NCBI GenBank assembly: GCA_944393465.1
Contig: CALYAG010000008.1
Span: 6,990 to 70,989 of the forward strand
Length of the DNA: 64,000 nt
Source: an uncultured Clostridia bacterium
GTDB taxonomy: Bacteria > Bacillota > Clostridia > TANB77 > CAG-508
Direction of reading: 5' to 3'
Shown: piece by piece, positions 60,182-64,000 of the stretch
Layout of the letters: every line of letters starts with the position of its first letter
Numbering within the stretch: the stretch's first letter is position 1
The notes under the pieces: model-generated
Seen by the model: only the letters and a program-made list of their open reading frames with translations
Told to the model about the DNA's origin: nothing
The model's database searches: none
Translations under genes and position numbers: made by a program

Positions 60182-60210
60182 TTGACAAATAATGTAATTA
60201 AATATAGAAT
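60182..60210 (+). promoter_or_regulatory. Sigma-A-type promoter upstream of the leader ORF and the DGR target
   Basis: TTGACA (60182-60187), a 17-nt spacer, then TAGAAT (60205-60210). Confidence 0.5.
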
Positions 60211-60260
60211 AAAAACGAAAGTTAGAATAAACATTCAAAAGAAATGGGAGAAAATAACAT

Positions 60261-60331
<71 letters not shown>

Positions 60332-60360
60332 TAATAAACGAAAAAACAAACATAGAAATA

Positions 60361-60414
60361 AAAAAGCTATGCTTATTAAACAGTGCAAAAATTGCTTAAT
60401 AGGCATAGCTTTTT
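60361..60414 (+). terminator. Strong hairpin terminator between the leader ORF and the DGR target gene
   Basis: 19-nt arms aaaaagctatgcttattaa / ttaataggcatagcttttt (1 mismatch) with a 16-nt loop. The 3' arm ends in T5. Confidence 0.6.
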
Positions 60415-60588
60415 GTTATGCAAATTAAACATTATGTAAAGCAAACGTAAATAAAAGCAAGCAGATATTGTGTATAAAAACAGCGTATGAAAGTTTAAAA
60501 ATTCTAACAAAGATACAGGTTTTAAATTTATAAAATAAAACCGCAATAATTAAAAATACAAAATTTAAACGAAAGAGAGGAAAAGAAA

Positions 60589-61989
60589 ATGAAAAAACAA
60601 AATGAAATAAACAAACAACAGATGAGTTTAAATACTGCAAAAAATAGCAGTAAAAATCGCAAAAAGCTCACATTACACAAAGTGGCAAAAGGTATGCAAG
60701 GTATAACACTTATAGCATTAGTTGTTACCATAATTGTTTTGCTAATTTTAGCAGGCATAGCGCTTAACCTAACAATAGGGCAAAATGGAATATTTAGTAG
60801 AGCAGAAAAAGCAGCCAACACATGGAGAAATGCAGAAACAAATGAGCAACTAGCTTTAGGAGAACTTGCAGATTGGATGGATAAATATGCTAATGGAAAA
60901 GGTGAAACTGGAGACGCAGAAGAACCAGAAGAAGGAACTTTAGCATGGATGTATGAACAAGCTATTGCAGATGGATGCACAAATGATGATGGTACATGTG
61001 ATAACCCAAATCATTTACACATAGGAGATTATGTAGATTTTGGAAAGAAAGTAAATGAATATTTGCAAACGTTGCCATCACAAGCAATAAATGTAGAAGT
61101 GGAAAAAAAGGACACAGGAATGAGTTATACTCAACACTATACAGTAAGTGCCAGCACTAACCAAGTAAAATGGAGAGTATTAGGATATGATAACCAGAAA
61201 AAGGAAGTAAAATTAAAAGCAGAAACTCCATTACAAACAAGCGATTCAGGTCAAGATGGCATGCTAGGGCTATATGGAGCAGAAGCATATTTATATGCAC
61301 CAGCAAGATTAGACTCAATATGCGATGACATTTATGGGAAAATGGGCATAGTAACAGAAGCAAGAAGTATGAAAATGGAAGATGTAAACAATGTATTTGG
61401 AATAACAGACATAAAATCAAAAGATGTAATGCCAATAATGAATGATTCTTCATATGAATATGGAGATAGCTTAAGTTCAATAACAGGAGTAACACCTGAC
61501 GATTTTATAAATTACTTGAATGATATAAAAGAAACACATCCAGAAGTAACCTGTTCAGAAGAATATAATGACAACTATAATTTACGAAGTGACTTTACAA
61601 GCAAATATGGAAAACCATTAACAAACGAAAAAGTAACAGGATACGCATATATAATAAGTGATGGAAATGATAATGTGAGTGAAATGCCATTACCAGAAGA
61701 GGTAAAAGAAAAAATAATAAATACAAGTTCAACTAAATATGATTTATTATTTAAAAACGCAACATATGAAACAAGCGGAGCATACTGGCTTTCTTCGCCT
61801 GGAGTCCGTGAGGGTGATGGCCGTGCCGACTTCGGACCTGGTGCGGTCGGCGTTTACGACGGTATGAGCTTGGCTGGCAGTGGCGACACGTTCGGCTCGT
61901 ACGGCTACGTGTACGGCAACGGCTTTGGTCTTTGTCCCGTAGTTTCTCTAGAATCTGGAGTCCGTACAGAAGATGTGCCAAAAGTATAA
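60589..61989 (+). CDS. DGR target (variable) protein: prepilin-type N-terminus, C-terminal variable ligand-binding domain
   Basis: KGMQG/ITLIALVVTIIVLLILAGIA resembles a type IV prepilin cleavage/methylation segment. The C-terminal about 55 aa are encoded by the VR. Confidence 0.85.
   Translation: MKKQNEINKQQMSLNTAKNSSKNRKKLTLHKVAKGMQGITLIALVVTIIVLLILAGIALNLTIGQNGIFSRAEKAANTWRNAETNEQLALGELADWMDKYANGKGETGDAEEPEEGTLAWMYEQAIADGCTNDDGTCDNPNHLHIGDYVDFGKKVNEYLQTLPSQAINVEVEKKDTGMSYTQHYTVSASTNQVKWRVLGYDNQKKEVKLKAETPLQTSDSGQDGMLGLYGAEAYLYAPARLDSICDDIYGKMGIVTEARSMKMEDVNNVFGITDIKSKDVMPIMNDSSYEYGDSLSSITGVTPDDFINYLNDIKETHPEVTCSEEYNDNYNLRSDFTSKYGKPLTNEKVTGYAYIISDGNDNVSEMPLPEEVKEKIINTSSTKYDLLFKNATYETSGAYWLSSPGVREGDGRADFGPGAVGVYDGMSLAGSGDTFGSYGYVYGNGFGLCPVVSLESGVRTEDVPKV
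61786..61942 (+). repeat. DGR variable repeat (VR)
   Basis: 157 nt matching the TR, apart from 23 substitutions (all at TR adenines) and one missing AAC codon. Confidence 0.9.
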
Positions 61990-62193
61990 TAAGAGCTAGT
62001 ATAAAATACCTGAAGAGCATAAAATAAAGGGAAGAAAAGCTAGACACCATAAATCCAAGAAGGCCTTAGGTCTTCTTGGGTAAAACCGCAAAATGTGGAA
62101 AGAAATTATAAATTTGAAATAAGTTCTTGATAAAATTACATCATGAATGATAATAAATAAAATAACTAAAGAAATAATAAAGAGGATAATTAT

Positions 62194-62646
62194 ATGGGAA
62201 TAGTTGGTGTAGTAACTGAAGTAAAAAAGGTTCATCCAAAAGATTTAACAATAATAGATATAGGTAAATTCTTTTATGCATATGGTAAAGATGCTTATGT
62301 GTTATCGTATTTATTTGGATATAAATTAACAAAAATTGAAGCTGAAAATGTATATTCATGTGCTTTTCCAAAACAATCATATTCAAAAGTTATTTCAAAA
62401 TTAGAAAATGATAAAATTAATTATTTAATACTAGACAGACACAATAACTATAATGTAGACGAGAAAAGTGATAATCGCAATTTGAATAATTATGACAAAT
62501 ATTTTGAAAAAGCCAAAGTCTTTGTTAATATAAGAATAAGAATTGAAAACATATATAATTATTTAATGAAGAATATTGAAACAGAAAATATAAATAATTT
62601 GTTAAAGAATATGGAAGAAATTTTGAATGGAAAAAGAAAAGTTTAA
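62194..62646 (+). CDS. MutS-domain-I-like small protein (DGR accessory, copy 2)
   Basis: 150 aa. DLTIIDIGKFFYAYGKDAYVLSYLFGYKLT......YSCAFPKQSYSKVISKLENDKINYLILD follows the same MutS N-terminal pattern. AGAGGA RBS. Overlaps avd by 20 nt. Confidence 0.6.
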   Translation: MGIVGVVTEVKKVHPKDLTIIDIGKFFYAYGKDAYVLSYLFGYKLTKIEAENVYSCAFPKQSYSKVISKLENDKINYLILDRHNNYNVDEKSDNRNLNNYDKYFEKAKVFVNIRIRIENIYNYLMKNIETENINNLLKNMEEILNGKRKV

Positions 62647-62989
62647 GATAATAAATTTTATAAGAGAATTAATACTATATATAGATAAAAATTTAGATAA
62701 TTTTCCTAAAAAAGATATTGAATTAAAAAACAGAATAAGAAATACTAGCTATGATTTGCTGGAAATAGCATATATAGCAAATACCACACAAGATTTAGAA
62801 TATAAAACAAAACTAATAGAAAAAATAATTGCAAAGGTAAAAATAATTGATTTTTTACTTAATATATGTTATGACAAACAAATAATTAATAGTAAAAAAT
62901 ATGTAAAATTTGGAGAACGATTGGATGATATTGTAAAGTATGCTAATGGTTGGAAAAACACTTTAAATAAGAATAATAATATTAATTAG
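62627..62989 (+). CDS. avd: DGR accessory variability determinant (Avd-like four-helix-bundle protein)
   Basis: 120 aa. NFPKKDIELKNRIRNTSYDLLEIAYIAN matches the FPK..-containing helix pattern of Avd/S23-like four-helix-bundle proteins. Sits immediately upstream of the TR. Confidence 0.75.
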   Translation: MEKEKFKIINFIRELILYIDKNLDNFPKKDIELKNRIRNTSYDLLEIAYIANTTQDLEYKTKLIEKIIAKVKIIDFLLNICYDKQIINSKKYVKFGERLDDIVKYANGWKNTLNKNNNIN

Positions 62990-63073
62990 ACAAAAATGAA
63001 ATTCACAAATGATTTATGGTTTTGTTTACAAATAGTTATACTATTTTGTAATAAATAGGGCGTGGTTGATGGG

Positions 63074-63233
63074 TGGCTTTCTTCGCCTGGAGTCAATGAG
63101 AATGATGGCAATGCCAACTTCGGACCTGGTGCGGTCAACGTTAACGACGGTATGAGCATAGCTAACAGTGGCAACAACACGTTCAACTCGAACGGAAACG
63201 TGAACAACAACGGCTTTGGTCTTTGTCCCGTAG
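63074..63233 (+). repeat. DGR template repeat (TR)
   Basis: 160 nt, adenine-rich, with 15 AAY codons in the VR reading frame. Noncoding, although the track reports an ORF at 63062-63313. Confidence 0.9.
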
Positions 63234-63666
63234 CTTCTATAAACTGTGGTTATGTAAGTAATGCTTGCATAAGAGATAATATAGAAACAAACCATTGTCC
63301 TTTCGCTAGATGATTTTCACTGTTATCAAATTGAATTTTATGGAACATTAATTTAAGTATTGAGATAAATTAAGTGAAAATCTATTAAATAGCGATAAAC
63401 TAAAAGCAGATAGATATGGTTGTTAGTAGCATAATTATATTCCGCTATATAAAATGCGAAAGGGAGTTATATCTTAGAACTGCTTTTAAGTAATCTAACA
63501 AGATTACTTTTTCAAATTTAATTTTACGAATGATAAAAAGCAATTTCTTGTTGCGTATAATTTTTTATCCATTAGTTTAAATAAAGTCATATGTATTTTT
63601 ACATATGACTTTAAAATTAATTTGAACAATATAAGCCATAATCAAAGTTAGAAGGTTTTAATAAAA

Positions 63667-64000
63667 ATGAAAAGAAAAAATAATTTATATAATGATATTT
63701 GTAAAATGGAAAATATACAATCTGCATTTAATGAAGTATGTAGAAATACTAAAAATAAACGAAAAGTAAGAAATTATAAGGAATATAAATGTATTTATTT
63801 AAGTAGGATATATAACATTTTGAATGAAAAAAGATATGTTGTAGGAAAGTACAATGTGTTTACAATCTATGAGCCAAAGGAAAGACGAATTGTAAGCCAA
63901 TCACTTCAAGACAAAATAATAAACCATTTGGTAAGTAGATACATTCTTTATCCAGCGCTTTTGCCATGCCTTATTCCAAGTAATGTGGCAAGCATAGTGG
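63667..64000 (+). CDS. DGR reverse transcriptase (N-terminal part; continues beyond the window)
   Basis: MKRKNNLYNDI...IQSAFNEV..., FTIYEPKERRIVSQSLQDKIINHLV (RT motifs 1 and 2). Open to the window end. Confidence 0.8.
   Translation, partial: MKRKNNLYNDICKMENIQSAFNEVCRNTKNKRKVRNYKEYKCIYLSRIYNILNEKRYVVGKYNVFTIYEPKERRIVSQSLQDKIINHLVSRYILYPALLPCLIPSNVASIV

Noticed and set aside
61786-61942. Local GC spike at the 3' end of the DGR target gene, which could be read as horizontally acquired DNA
   Set aside because: The spike is explained by A-to-N mutagenesis of the VR. The A-rich TR copy has the same backbone sequence.
63062-63313. 83-aa ORF in the track (MVDGWLSSPGVNENDGNANFGPG...)
   Set aside because: This is the DGR template repeat read in the VR frame. 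It has no RBS and begins with a non-ATG codon. Its asparagine richness comes from the AAY-rich template, so I treat it as noncoding TR.

Overview
This is an AT-rich segment (about 28-30% G+C from hand counts) that looks like the chromosome of a spore-forming Clostridia-type Firmicute. From 0 to 39 kb it is mostly conserved housekeeping: spoIIM-xerD, rny, dps, an acyl-CoA ligase, a PBP5-type carboxypeptidase, der-plsY-gpsA, RNase P RNA, an RluA-family synthase, pta plus two tandem acetate kinases, aspartate kinase, yabP-yabQ-divIC, rho and a UvrA paralog. Three small higher-GC islets interrupt this part; each carries one or two orphan genes. From 39 to 59.5 kb the content is accessory and mosaic. 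It holds gene fragments (HxlR, Sir2), a decaying TetR-linked redox operon, an in-frame flavodoxin::wHTH chimera and a VanRS-like two-component system. It also holds a type III toxin-antitoxin (AbiQ/ToxN toxin plus 35-nt RNA repeats), MazG-like genes, several direct-repeat recombination scars, a RhuM-Fic/Doc fusion, a GntR-ABC operon, a ZIP transporter and two Rpn-type nuclease paralogs. The stand-out is 59.6-64 kb, a complete diversity-generating retroelement (DGR). Its target is a pilin-like protein whose C-terminal VR differs from the downstream TR only at TR adenines, apart from one missing AAC codon. Two MutS-domain-I-like small ORFs, an Avd-like ORF, the TR and a reverse transcriptase that runs off the window complete it. 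Upstream of the target, a (CA)17 tract sits inside a 22-codon leader ORF followed by a strong terminator, which looks like a phase-variable attenuator. I saw no rRNA, tRNA or CRISPR array.
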